Shown here: one piece after another, positions 16,441 through 25,898 of the stretch | Position numbering within the stretch: the first letter of the stretch is position 1 | How the letters are laid out: each line of letters opens with the position of its first letter | Assembly (NCBI GenBank): GCA_013360305.1 | Contig: JABWCK010000002.1 | Coordinates: forward strand, 1-46,442 | Source of the DNA: Candidatus Micrarchaeota archaeon | Lineage (GTDB): Archaea > Micrarchaeota > Micrarchaeia > Norongarragalinales > Norongarragalinaceae | Length of the DNA: 46,442 nucleotides | Reading direction: 5' to 3' | Made by a program: the position numbers and the translations under genes | Notes under the pieces: model-generated | Seen by the model: only the letters and a program-made list of their open reading frames with translations | Database searches by the model: none | What the model was told of the DNA's origin: nothing

Positions 16441-17532
16441 TTAGCCTGGGAAATGAGTTTCGATTCTAATCCCTTCATTGCTTATTCCTATTTGCAATGG
16501 TTGGACTTTTTTTATCGCGTTGTGACGCCAAAATTCTTCAAGTCTTTCCTTGTCTGCTTTGCTTAAGCAAATAGCTGCAATACTGTCGCCGCCGCCTGCT
16601 CCCGGAAGCTTGCAAGCAAAAGCCCCGTTAGTTAAGCTTTCTTCTATTAACTCGTTTAATTGTGGCGTTGAGACTGCAGCGCCTATTTTTTCTCCAAATA
16701 ATGCAGTCAATTCCCATCCTTTTTGAAAGTGTTGTTTGAATGATTCGTTATTTCCTTTATGCAATGCGTCTATTGCGCTTGCGTTTTCTTGATTTAGTTC
16801 GGTAAATAATTTTTTGTTTTCTTCAGGGTTAATTTCTTTCCAAGCCTTCCATTTCTTTACTGCTTCACTAGTAGACATGCTTTCGCCAACCACGTTTGCT
16901 ATTGCTGCGTGAAAATCTTTAGGCAAGTTGGCGGGTTGAATTTCATAATCCCAATCAGAATCTAAGAATTGAGGAAAGTTTTCTTTGTTAATCATTGTTG
17001 GTGAATAGCGGACGTATTTAGCTGCTCCAAAAGCGCTTGCTGCAATGTCAAAACCAGATCCAATTTTTCCTTGAGCTTCACTGTGAGCATACTGAGAAAT
17101 CTTATGAATTAAGTCTTTATCCTTTCCCGTAACGTCGTATTCGTGTAGTGCCATTATTGCTGCGGTAGTTGCAGTAGTTACTGCGGCACTGCTTCCTAAG
17201 CCTGCTTTGTCTTCAATTCCAAACGCGGGATCAGAATAAGTAGTTAGAGTAAAGTTTTTGGTTGCTTTTCCTTTAGCTTTCAAGTAATTCAAACAAATTT
17301 CTGCAACTGTGCAAACGAACTTTGCCTTGTCATTCTTGCATTCGATTTTTTCGTTAAACGTAGTAGTAAAATCGTAACCAAATTGTTTTGAAACAAACTT
17401 TAAATCAGAACTTTCTTCTGCTTTAGCGTAAACTCTTTTATCTACGCCTGTAACTAGTGAAACGTGAGGTCGGTCTAAAACAGAGTATCCTCCAATCCAT
17501 AATATTTTTCCTGGAGCAGAACAAATTACCAT
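16441..17532 (-). CDS. Phosphomevalonate kinase (GHMP, ERG8-like)
   Basis: SAPGKILWIGGYSVL, KAGLGSSAA, AQGKIGSGFDIA and LPGAGGGD motifs; coupled to mvaD. Confidence 0.88.
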   Translation of the reverse strand: MVICSAPGKILWIGGYSVLDRPHVSLVTGVDKRVYAKAEESSDLKFVSKQFGYDFTTTFNEKIECKNDKAKFVCTVAEICLNYLKAKGKATKNFTLTTYSDPAFGIEDKAGLGSSAAVTTATTAAIMALHEYDVTGKDKDLIHKISQYAHSEAQGKIGSGFDIAASAFGAAKYVRYSPTMINKENFPQFLDSDWDYEIQPANLPKDFHAAIANVVGESMSTSEAVKKWKAWKEINPEENKKLFTELNQENASAIDALHKGNNESFKQHFQKGWELTALFGEKIGAAVSTPQLNELIEESLTNGAFACKLPGAGGGDSIAAICLSKADKERLEEFWRHNAIKKVQPLQIGISNEGIRIETHFPG

Positions 17533-17533
17533 T

Positions 17534-18610
17534 TTATTTCACAATGATTTCTTTCTTTATTTCATCAAAGCGAGCTTCCTTAGCGTTGCCGTTAGAATCA
17601 ATCAAGTGTCCTTGGTTTAAGTATTTTGGTCCTTCGCCTACTTTGCAAACCATTGTTTTAGTAACTCCTTCAATTCTGCTTAATAGTTTGACTACTTCTT
17701 CTACTTGGTCTGCGGTAGTATAAACGTGAGCGTTTGGACCAGCGTCAAAAGTATAAGCTGCCTTAATGCTTCCTTTAGATGCGTTGAATTCTTGAACTGC
17801 GTACATTATTTCTTTTGAATAATCATTCAAGTAAGTGATCGAGGGCCAAGTGTCAAGCATTACTGCGTGCATGTTTGACGACTCGCGCATTGTTAACTCT
17901 CCAAATTTAGCGAAATCTTTAGCTAGTACTGCTTTCTTCATTTCTTCAATTAACTTTGGCACGTACTGCAATCTAGCTGGATACAATACGCTAGTGGCAA
18001 TGGTTTGCTTCATTCCTGCTCTTGATGATACTTTCTTTTTTCCAGCATCAACTACTGCAATAACGTTTCTCAATTCTGGCCAGTGTGATGCAGGCGCAAT
18101 TTGAACGGCTATGCTATCGCTTCCATCTGTTTTTGAACCCATTTTCCATTCTACGAAACCACCGTCAACACTTCTACAAGCAGAACCGCTTCCTAGCCTT
18201 GCTAGTATGGATAATTCTGAAGGACTTAAGTTTAATCCAGCAGCTTTTGAAGCAGCGCAAGCTAATGCTGCTAGTCCTGCCGCGCTTGAAGCGAATCCTG
18301 CAGCAGTCGGGAAGCAATTAAGCGAAACGATTTTAGCCTTGGTTGTTATTCCTGCTTTTTTTCTTATGACGTCTATTTGTTGCAATCTTTCAGCAGTTTC
18401 TTTATCGGTTAAATCCATTTTCTTTCCATTCAACCAAAACTCATCTTCTTTAAACGATGAATCAAAAGCAACACTTGTTCGAGTTCTTAGTTGTTCATCC
18501 ATAGTAAAACTCAAGCTCGAATTAGTAGGCAAGATTAGCTTATCGTCTCTTTTTCCCCAATACTTTACTACCGCAATGTTAGCAGTCGCTTCACAAGTAA
18601 CAATATTCAT
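17534..18610 (-). CDS. mvaD: Diphosphomevalonate decarboxylase
   Basis: NIAVVKYWGKRD, FPTAAGFASSAAG, ARLGSGSACRS, SNMHA and YTFDAGPN motifs. Confidence 0.92.
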   Translation of the reverse strand: MNIVTCEATANIAVVKYWGKRDDKLILPTNSSLSFTMDEQLRTRTSVAFDSSFKEDEFWLNGKKMDLTDKETAERLQQIDVIRKKAGITTKAKIVSLNCFPTAAGFASSAAGLAALACAASKAAGLNLSPSELSILARLGSGSACRSVDGGFVEWKMGSKTDGSDSIAVQIAPASHWPELRNVIAVVDAGKKKVSSRAGMKQTIATSVLYPARLQYVPKLIEEMKKAVLAKDFAKFGELTMRESSNMHAVMLDTWPSITYLNDYSKEIMYAVQEFNASKGSIKAAYTFDAGPNAHVYTTADQVEEVVKLLSRIEGVTKTMVCKVGEGPKYLNQGHLIDSNGNAKEARFDEIKKEIIVK

Positions 18611-18697
18611 TCATTTCACCATTTGAGTATATTATCGTTTTATGTTCCAAAACTAAGTGGAAGTTATAATATTAAAACTAAAACATAAATTGTTATT

Positions 18698-19666
18698 ATG
18701 GAAATAACTGCTTCTGCTCCTACTAAAATCATTATTACTGGTGAGCATGCAGTCGTTCATGGTTGTACGGGATTAGCAGTCCCTTTAGATTCTAGAAACA
18801 GCGTTACGATAAAAACTATTTCTTCTCGTAAAGTGGTTTTGCCTCCAAATTCAAAAAAACAATTAAGAGATGCTTTTAACTCAGTTTTTTCTTTAGTTAA
18901 TCCTTCAAGTGGCGTAAAAGTTACTTTGGGTTACAGCGGAATGCCTAAGGGTACGGGTAATAGTGCTAGTATTGGAGCAGCTTTTGCTTTAGCTTTGTAT
19001 CATTTAGATGGACGTACTCCCAGCAAACAAGAACTTTTTGATGCAACACAAGAATTTGAAAAAGTTTTCCATGTAGCTCCTTCGGGAATAGATGCTCGTA
19101 CTGTTTTAGGAAATTCTTCCTTAACAATGAAAAAACAATGGAAGAAAGGCCAAGTTGTTTTTAATTTTAAAGAAAAAAAACTAGTGCTACCACGCTCTAT
19201 AGTGTTACTTATTGTAGAAAGCAAGTTGAAAGAAACTCCATTAACTACAGGAGAATTAGTAACTTTATTCTCCAAAACGTTAGTAGGCAAGCATCCTAAT
19301 GACGTAAATCCTGTTGAGCGAAAGTTTATCGTTGATTTGTTCGAGCCAATAACTAAAGATATTATTGGAGAATTAAAACAAAACGGAAACTCTGCAAAAC
19401 TAGGCAAGTTATTTTTAGAAAATCATTTTCTACTACAAAAAAGTGGAGTAATACCTGATAGTATGGATCAAACAATTCGCGATTTAGTTGCTAGTGGTTG
19501 TTTAGGTGCTAAAGGCACAGGCGCATGTGGCCCCGGTGGCGTAGTGATTGCGTTATCTAAAGAAAAAGAAGTAGAAAAAATAAAGAAAAAATTAGGCTCT
19601 AAATATAATATCAAAGTTGCTTCATTTGCTTCTGAAGGACCAAGAATAGAAAAAGTAGTAAAATAA
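18698..19666 (+). CDS. mvk: Mevalonate kinase (divergent GHMP)
   Basis: SAPTKIIITGEHAVVHG, E-x-x-x-H...PSGID, ENH-x-LL and GAKGTGA motifs; non-canonical P-loop (PKGTGNSAS). Confidence 0.85.
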   Translation: MEITASAPTKIIITGEHAVVHGCTGLAVPLDSRNSVTIKTISSRKVVLPPNSKKQLRDAFNSVFSLVNPSSGVKVTLGYSGMPKGTGNSASIGAAFALALYHLDGRTPSKQELFDATQEFEKVFHVAPSGIDARTVLGNSSLTMKKQWKKGQVVFNFKEKKLVLPRSIVLLIVESKLKETPLTTGELVTLFSKTLVGKHPNDVNPVERKFIVDLFEPITKDIIGELKQNGNSAKLGKLFLENHFLLQKSGVIPDSMDQTIRDLVASGCLGAKGTGACGPGGVVIALSKEKEVEKIKKKLGSKYNIKVASFASEGPRIEKVVK

Positions 19667-19669
19667 TTA
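19626..19669 (+). repeat. Direct repeat copy 1 (3' end of mvk)
   Basis: TTGCTTCTGAAGGACCAAGAATAGAAAAAGTA (32 bp exact), then 2 mismatches, then AAAATAATTA; matches 21792-21835. Confidence 0.95.
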
Positions 19670-19685
19670 GTGGGCAATGGCGAGA

Positions 19686-20225
19686 TCAGAACTTTTTTCG
19701 ACCACTTTGCCCTTTTAGTTCTGAAATTATTTTCTTAACATCATAATCTGCTTCTTTTTCTAGTTTTTTAAATTGTTTTGAAGCAATCAAGTTTTCCTCA
19801 ACTCTGATCCCAACACTCTTTCCCGTTTCCTTGTCTTTAATTGCGTAAACCGCGAAATTCTCGTCCATAATCATGCTCTTAAAATTAGAGTTATTTATAA
19901 AACCCATTCTAAAGTTGGGTAGTGATAAGTATTTTTCCCATAGTTGAAGTGTTTTTTCTAAAGTTTTTTTATCCATTGTTAAAAGCATTTGTTTAGTTTC
20001 GGGCAAAGACGATAAATAAACTGTTTTTAGTCCTGAAAATATTTTGTTCATTGCTTTGTGAGTATATTTTTTTCTCCATAGTCCTTTTTGTTCTTGAAAA
20101 ATTAACAAAGTAGGTGTTTTTGCTGCTACATAAAATTCATTTGCGTTTGCAACCATTCGAGTCGCAGCTTTGTAGTACACGTCAGGACTAATTTCTTGTT
20201 GTAAATTAGAATAGGTAGTCTTCAT
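19686..20225 (-). CDS. Stand-alone paralog of the C-terminal (TrmB/PLD-like) domain of the 20872-21726 regulator
   Basis: ISPDVYY...YVAAKTPTLL...WRKKY...KTVYLSS aligns by eye with TSPDDFY...RLASKTPAII...LRKTY...KAKYLFS. Confidence 0.65.
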   Translation of the reverse strand: MKTTYSNLQQEISPDVYYKAATRMVANANEFYVAAKTPTLLIFQEQKGLWRKKYTHKAMNKIFSGLKTVYLSSLPETKQMLLTMDKKTLEKTLQLWEKYLSLPNFRMGFINNSNFKSMIMDENFAVYAIKDKETGKSVGIRVEENLIASKQFKKLEKEADYDVKKIISELKGQSGRKKF

Positions 20226-20280
20226 TATACTTCATATCTTTTTTTATACAAAATGATTTCTGTTTATTTTTAATATTTTT

Positions 20281-20847
20281 TTATTTATTTAAAGTTTTAA
20301 GATAATGCATTAGAATGACTCTGGCAGCAGGCGTAAATTTTTCTTTCTTTAATAATTCGGATATTTCTTGTGTTGAATAATGAGTCGTTCCTTTTGGGTT
20401 TACTTCTTTTTCATTTATTTTAAAACTACCTTCGTATTCGGCAATAAGTGGAAGGTATAGTCTGTGGGGGTTGTCACTGTCAATTTCTCTTGGTATTTTC
20501 CACAAAACTTTTAGTTTTTTAATTGATTGTCTTTCGATTCCTAATTCCTCTATTGCTTCTCTTATTGCAGCACCCTTGATGAATTCTGATACTGCAAAAG
20601 GGCCTTTAGTCGCCTGTAATCCCCCGGACGCACTTGTTGTATAAAAATTAGGATAATCATTTTTACTTGCTGCTCTTTGTTGAAGTAATATTCTACCTTC
20701 TCCGTCTTTTAGAAGGAGCATGACGAATACGTGTGGTTGCTTGGTGGTGTTTGCTTCTTTTCTAGTTATTTTTCTCCCAGTAATGTATGGTCCAAAAAAG
20801 GGTAAATTAATTGTCTTATGATATTTGTTTACTAGTTCCTCCGGCAT
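20281..20847 (-). CDS. Nudix-fold hydrolase, IDI-1/YfcD-like
   Basis: H-x-x-V...GRILLQQRAASKNDYP, AAIREAIEELGI and NEKEV motifs. Confidence 0.8.
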   Translation of the reverse strand: MPEELVNKYHKTINLPFFGPYITGRKITRKEANTTKQPHVFVMLLLKDGEGRILLQQRAASKNDYPNFYTTSASGGLQATKGPFAVSEFIKGAAIREAIEELGIERQSIKKLKVLWKIPREIDSDNPHRLYLPLIAEYEGSFKINEKEVNPKGTTHYSTQEISELLKKEKFTPAARVILMHYLKTLNK

Positions 20848-20871
20848 ATATTATAGTTTAATTCTAGTTCT

Positions 20872-21726
20872 TTAAATTCTGTTTGCTGGGTTTAATTCGT
20901 TTTCAATCTCGTCTATGAATTCTTTGCACTCGTTAGCATTTACGAAAATATTATCGTAAATATTTGATATTTCTTTAGTATCTAGACTACTCATATGAAG
21001 AATTCCTACTAAATCCGTGTGGCTCGGTGAAGCAAAACCTATCATACAATCTTTGCTTCCGATAACTAGTGTCGTTACTGTGTGTAACGGTGCGTGTCTT
21101 AATCGCAACCCCGTTATTTTTGAAAGTTTTTTTAGGGTGTTTATTGCTTTCTTATCTTTCTCGGCTAGTATTTTTTTTCTTGTCAAATCGGTAGAAAATA
21201 AATACTTTGCTTTAAGAACACCTTTTGTAGTGAGTTTCAACAGGTTTTCTACATATGTCTTCCGAAGTGGAGTAAGTTCTGTTTCTTTTGACAAGATTAT
21301 TGCAGGCGTTTTACTGGCGAGTCTAATAGTTGATTCTTTGAGAACAAGTTGATTTAATATTAGATAAAAATCATCAGGGCTGGTATAGATTCTTATGTTT
21401 GCTGTCTTCGTATTACGCGTGGTTAGTCCTTTTTTAGTCTCGGAGTAAGCGTTTTTAGTAATTCTTCCAAACCTTTCGATTTCTTTAAGCCAATTTAAGT
21501 TCAATTCGTATTTGTTATTTTTAGTTGTTGAGATTATACTTAAGTCTACTAGTTGTTTTACTACTTTGTGGACGCCTTGATAACTTATATTGTAGTTTAG
21601 ATCGTTCTTAATTTTGTTATAAACCTGTTTTGTAGAAAGAGGCCATTCTGCACTAAGAACAGTTACGACTAATTGTTTACAATCACTTTCCTTTGTTCCA
21701 AACAACGATGGTTTTTTAGAATTCAT
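20872..21726 (-). CDS. Winged-helix transcriptional regulator with C-terminal putative sensor domain
   Basis: VLSAEWPLSTKQVYN...ISYQGVHKVVKQLVD...KYELN wHTH, followed by a TrmB-effector-like alpha/beta domain. Confidence 0.75.
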   Translation of the reverse strand: MNSKKPSLFGTKESDCKQLVVTVLSAEWPLSTKQVYNKIKNDLNYNISYQGVHKVVKQLVDLSIISTTKNNKYELNLNWLKEIERFGRITKNAYSETKKGLTTRNTKTANIRIYTSPDDFYLILNQLVLKESTIRLASKTPAIILSKETELTPLRKTYVENLLKLTTKGVLKAKYLFSTDLTRKKILAEKDKKAINTLKKLSKITGLRLRHAPLHTVTTLVIGSKDCMIGFASPSHTDLVGILHMSSLDTKEISNIYDNIFVNANECKEFIDEIENELNPANRI

Positions 21727-21791
21727 TTAGGTAACTACTAGCGTTTTAAAGTTATAAAAAATATTTGTTGTGTTGTAAAAACAATTTTTTC

Positions 21792-21835
21792 TTGCTTCTG
21801 AAGGACCAAGAATAGAAAAAGTACAAAAATAATTA
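21792..21835 (+). repeat. Direct repeat copy 2 (orphan mvk 3' end abutting the HMGR stop)
   Basis: Encodes ASEGPRIEKVQK* versus the mvk end ASEGPRIEKVVK*. Its TAA (21830-21832) touches the reverse-strand stop of HMGR (21833-21835). Confidence 0.95.
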
Positions 21836-23101
21836 TTTCATCAATTCTTTTGCTCGTTCGAGTTTGACGTTTTTTTCTTCGTACATTTTTTCAGCGATTT
21901 TTCTTATTTGTTCTCCTTTTGCTCCAGCCATTACTGCAATATTGTTAGCATGCAAACGCATGTGGCCCCGGTTGATTCCTTCTGTTGACAAAGCACGAAC
22001 TGCAGCAAAGTTTTGAGCTAGTCCAACACAAGCAATTATTTCCGCCAATTCCTTAGCAGTCTTTACTCCTAGTAATTTAAGACTCATTTGTGCGAGGGGG
22101 TGTGTTTTTGTTGCTCCGCCGACTATTCCCAACGCCAAAGGCAACTCAATCTCCCCAACCAAATCCCCATTCTTATTCTTGTAATATTTAGTCAAAGGCT
22201 TGTATCTACCTGTTAGCGAAGCGAAAGCGTGTGCTCCTGCTTCGATAGCGCGAAAATCGTTTCCTGTAGCTATAACTACTGCGTCTATTCCGTTCATTAT
22301 TCCCTTGTTGTGAGTCACCGCTCTATATGGATCGGCTTCAGCGAAAGCATAACAATCCAAAAACCGCTCAATAATTTCTTCTCCAGTAAATTCTCCTTTA
22401 AACGATTTTTCCAAATTGTCCTTAGTCCATACTGCCTTAGCTCTAGCTAACCGCTTTACAGCTAGGTTTGATAGAATGCGTAATCGAGCTTCTCCTCCGG
22501 TTAATTCTTCTAACAAGGGAGCGAGTTTTTCGCACATTGAGTTTACTGTGTTGGCTCCCATTGCGTCTTGAACGTTTACTTCCAAGTAAACGCAAACGCA
22601 TTCGCCGCGAGTGGTTTGAATTATTTTTGCTTCAAAGTTTTTTGCCCCGCCGCCTTGCTTGAAAATAGTCGAAGAAGGATCATTTATAGAGTCAATTAGT
22701 TTTTTTTTACTAGCTTCAATCGCTTTTATTGCTTTCTTAGCGTCTGGAACGTTGACTAGTTGCACTTGCCCAATCATTATTGGTTCATCAGTTGACGCAG
22801 TGAATCCCTGAGGCAGAGTGATTTCGGCTGCTTTGCTTGCGGCTGCAACAACCGATGGTTCTTCTATGACGAAAGGAATCAATCTTTCGATTCCGTTGAT
22901 TTTGAAGTTAGTTGCAATGCCTAGTGGTAACTGAAAGGTTCCAATCGCGTTTTCGATCATGTTGTTAGCGGTTTCGAAGCTCAACGCGTTTTCTAACAAA
23001 GTAAATTCTTCTTTGGTAAGGTGAGTGTTTTTTTTCAAGAAGTCGATTTTTTCTTGCAAGGATTTTTTATGGAATTCGTTCCATTTTATTTGTGAAGTCA
23101 T
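21833..23101 (-). CDS. mvaA: HMG-CoA reductase, class II
   Basis: MIENAIG, EEPSVVAA, DAMGAN, RILSN, THNKGIMNGI, GNDFRA and GHMRLH motifs. Confidence 0.95.
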   Translation of the reverse strand: MTSQIKWNEFHKKSLQEKIDFLKKNTHLTKEEFTLLENALSFETANNMIENAIGTFQLPLGIATNFKINGIERLIPFVIEEPSVVAAASKAAEITLPQGFTASTDEPIMIGQVQLVNVPDAKKAIKAIEASKKKLIDSINDPSSTIFKQGGGAKNFEAKIIQTTRGECVCVYLEVNVQDAMGANTVNSMCEKLAPLLEELTGGEARLRILSNLAVKRLARAKAVWTKDNLEKSFKGEFTGEEIIERFLDCYAFAEADPYRAVTHNKGIMNGIDAVVIATGNDFRAIEAGAHAFASLTGRYKPLTKYYKNKNGDLVGEIELPLALGIVGGATKTHPLAQMSLKLLGVKTAKELAEIIACVGLAQNFAAVRALSTEGINRGHMRLHANNIAVMAGAKGEQIRKIAEKMYEEKNVKLERAKELMK

Positions 23102-23235
23102 TATTCTACTTGACCGCGTTGAATTAATTAACGCTTTCTTTTCGTTGAATAGCGAACTGGGTTAGGCTTTTTAACGATTCTATTGATAGTCTTCTTGTAT
23201 TTTTTTTCCCACTAGATTAGAGTTTGATTGAAAAA

Positions 23236-24279
23236 ATGGCTGGCATTATTGGTTACGGCGTGTTTATTCCTCGCTTTAGGATTAAAGTTGAAGAAATAGC
23301 TAGAGTATGGGGTAAGGACGCTGCTCGTGTTTCAAGCGGTTTAGGCATTAAGGAAAAAGCAGTCGCTGCTTTTGATGAAGACTCGGCGACTATTGCTGTC
23401 GAAGCGTCTAGGAACGCTATAGAGTCGTCTGGAGTTAATCCGGATGACATTGGTGCAGTATTCGTAGGCAGCGAGTCAAAACCGTATGCTGTAAAACCAA
23501 CTGCTACGATTGTTGGCGACGCTGTCGGAGCGAGTCCTGTAATGACTGCTGCTGACTTCGAGTTCGCTTGCAAGGCTGGAACTACGGGTATTCAAACTTG
23601 TATGGGTATGGTTGATTCTGGAATGATTAAAGTCGGTTTAGCTGTAGGTTCCGACACCGCTCAAGGTCGACCGAATGATGCTTTAGAGTTTTCTGCTGGT
23701 AGTGGCGGAGCTGCTTTCTTGATTGGTAATGACAAGCCGATTGCTTTAATTGAAGACACTTATTCTTTCACGACTGATACTCCTGATTTTTGGAGGCGAC
23801 AACACGCTGAATTTCCTCGCCATGCGGGTAGATTTACAGCTGAACCTGCTTATTTTAGGCACGTGTTAAGCGCAGCTGAAGGATTGTTGAAAAAAATAGG
23901 CAAGAAGGCGAATGATTTTGATCACGTTGTTTTTCACCAGCCTAATGGAAAGTTTCCTCAAGCAGCGGCTAAGAAGTTAGGCGTTGATGCTGAAAAAATA
24001 AAGACTGGATTGCTTACTCCAATGATTGGTAATACTTATTCCGGAGCAGCCATGGTTGGTTTGGCTGCAGTATTAGACGTAGCTAAACCAAACGATGAAG
24101 TTTTAGTAGTATCGTATGGTTCTGGTGCAGGCAGTGATGCTTTCTCGATTAAAGTAACTAAGGAAATCGAGAAGAAACGCAGTAAACCAAGCGTTCAAGA
24201 ATTAGTTGCAGAAAAAGAATACATTGATTACGCGTTGTACGTAAAACACAGACAAAAATTGAAGGCTTTGGGCGATTGA
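23236..24279 (+). CDS. HMG-CoA synthase (archaeal type)
   Basis: [47 protein letters not shown] and SYGSGAGSD motifs. ATG at 23236 preferred. Confidence 0.95.
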   Translation: MAGIIGYGVFIPRFRIKVEEIARVWGKDAARVSSGLGIKEKAVAAFDEDSATIAVEASRNAIESSGVNPDDIGAVFVGSESKPYAVKPTATIVGDAVGASPVMTAADFEFACKAGTTGIQTCMGMVDSGMIKVGLAVGSDTAQGRPNDALEFSAGSGGAAFLIGNDKPIALIEDTYSFTTDTPDFWRRQHAEFPRHAGRFTAEPAYFRHVLSAAEGLLKKIGKKANDFDHVVFHQPNGKFPQAAAKKLGVDAEKIKTGLLTPMIGNTYSGAAMVGLAAVLDVAKPNDEVLVVSYGSGAGSDAFSIKVTKEIEKKRSKPSVQELVAEKEYIDYALYVKHRQKLKALGD

Positions 24280-24280
24280 T

Positions 24281-25441
24281 ATGAGAAAAGTTTCTATTAT
24301 TGGCGGCGGATTAACGCATTTCGGAGAACACTGGGAAATTAGTTTCAGGGAAATGGTTGCTGAAGCAGGAGCGAAAGCGTTACACGATTCAAAAATTGAA
24401 GGAAAAGACATTCAAGCTATTTACGGCGGTTGCATGGCGTCAGGCCGATTGCTTGGCCAAGAACACGTTGGTGCTTTAATCGCAGACCAATTAGGATTAA
24501 ATCCTCTTCCATCGACTCGCTGTGAAGCAGCTTGTGCTTCGGGAGGCGTTGCGTTACGTCAAGGAATTCAAGCTATTGCTTCAGGAATGTATGACGTAGT
24601 CGCTGTTGGTGGAGTAGAGAAAATGACTGAAGTCAGCGTTGAAGAAGCTTCACTAGCATTAGGCGGAGCAGGAGACCAGGAGTGGGAATTGTTTAACGGC
24701 GCTACTTTTCCAGCTTTATACGCTTTAATGGCTAAGAGACACATGCTTGAATACGGCACTACCGAAGAACAACTAGCTTTATGCGCTGTCAAGAATCACG
24801 CTAATGCAGTGCATAACGAGTACGCGCAATTTAGGAGTCCTATTACTTTAGAGCAAGCAATGAATGCTTCAGTTATTGCTTCGCCTTTAAAATTATTCGA
24901 TTGCTCTCCAATTAGTGACGGGGCGGCTGTGGTTATTCTAGCTGCTAGCGATGTGGCTAAAAAATTCGTTGACGAACCAGTTGAAGTAATAGCTTCAGCT
25001 CAAGCAAGCGATTCGCTAGCTTTAACGGGTCGCGAGACGCTTACTTCGTTGAAGGCTACTCAAATAGCTGCTAAAGACGCGTTCAAGCAAGCTAAGATTA
25101 CGCCTAAAGACGTTGACTTGGCTGAAGTTCATGATTGTTTTACTATAGCTGAAATACTCGCGATAGAAGACTTAGGCTTTTTCCCTAAAGGAAAAGGCGG
25201 AAAAGCAACTGAGGATGGAGAAACTGCTTTGAATTCAACTGTTTCAGTTAATACTTCAGGCGGTTTGAAAGCATGCGGTCACCCGGTTGGAGCTACTGGC
25301 GTAAAACAAGCAGTAGAATGCTTGTGGCAGCTTCAAGGAAAAGCAGGCCAACGCCAAGTAAAAGACGCTGAATACGCTTTAAGCCACAACGTTGGAGGAA
25401 GCGGAGCTACTGCCGTAGTTCACATTTACAAAAAACTTTGA
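24281..25441 (+). CDS. Acetoacetyl-CoA thiolase (archaeal SCP2-like)
   Basis: EAACASGG, GVEKM, DCSPISDGAA, EVHDCF, GHPVGATG and HNVGG motifs. Confidence 0.95.
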   Translation: MRKVSIIGGGLTHFGEHWEISFREMVAEAGAKALHDSKIEGKDIQAIYGGCMASGRLLGQEHVGALIADQLGLNPLPSTRCEAACASGGVALRQGIQAIASGMYDVVAVGGVEKMTEVSVEEASLALGGAGDQEWELFNGATFPALYALMAKRHMLEYGTTEEQLALCAVKNHANAVHNEYAQFRSPITLEQAMNASVIASPLKLFDCSPISDGAAVVILAASDVAKKFVDEPVEVIASAQASDSLALTGRETLTSLKATQIAAKDAFKQAKITPKDVDLAEVHDCFTIAEILAIEDLGFFPKGKGGKATEDGETALNSTVSVNTSGGLKACGHPVGATGVKQAVECLWQLQGKAGQRQVKDAEYALSHNVGGSGATAVVHIYKKL

Positions 25442-25462
25442 GAAAACGAACGTGATAAAAAA

Positions 25463-25864
25463 ATGAGAGACGCTTTGCCTTTGATTTGGAGAAAAATTCC
25501 CGAGCGATACACTTTGCTAGGTAGCCATTGTAATAATTGCAAGACTGATTACTTTCCTCAAAGAACTATTTGCCCCCACTGTAGAAGCAAAGGCAAGTTA
25601 GTTGATAAGCAAATGCCTAGGGAGGGAAAGGTTTACTCGTTTACTGAAGTTCACTCTGGCCCTGCGGGTTTTCAGCACGAAACGCCTTACTTCTTGGCAA
25701 TTATTGAATTGCCTAACAAAGTTAAAGTATTAAGCCAATTAGTTGATTCTAGTAAAGATAAAGTGAAAGTAGGCGCTCCAGTAAAAATGGTTTTCCGCAG
25801 GATATTCGCTGACGGAGCTGAAGGCGTCATTGCTTACGGGTTCAAGTTCAAAGTAGTAAACTAA
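25463..25864 (+). CDS. DUF35 Zn-ribbon/OB-fold scaffold of the thiolase-HMGS complex
   Basis: CNNC...FPQR..CPHC, GKVYSFT and YGFKF motifs; directly after the thiolase. Confidence 0.93.
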   Translation: MRDALPLIWRKIPERYTLLGSHCNNCKTDYFPQRTICPHCRSKGKLVDKQMPREGKVYSFTEVHSGPAGFQHETPYFLAIIELPNKVKVLSQLVDSSKDKVKVGAPVKMVFRRIFADGAEGVIAYGFKFKVVN

Positions 25865-25898
25865 TTGTTTTAACTATTTCCTTCTTCTTTGTTTTCAA

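Larger units (their letters stand above)
19626..21835. mobile_element. Direct-repeat-flanked three-gene genomic islet without integrase
   Basis: 44-bp repeat (42/44 identical) at both ends; visibly AT-rich cargo; interrupts the convergent mvk/mvaA junction. Confidence 0.7.

Noticed and set aside
18611-18697. Short inverted repeats in the mvaD/mvk divergent promoter (GTTTT-N7-AAAAC; TTTATGTT/AACATAAA)
   Set aside because: Low-complexity AT-rich sequence with no convincing second copy elsewhere; may be chance.
19626-21835. CRISPR or IS interpretation of the direct repeat
   Set aside because: Only two copies 2.1 kb apart, identical to coding sequence, with no cas genes, transposase or terminal inverted repeats.
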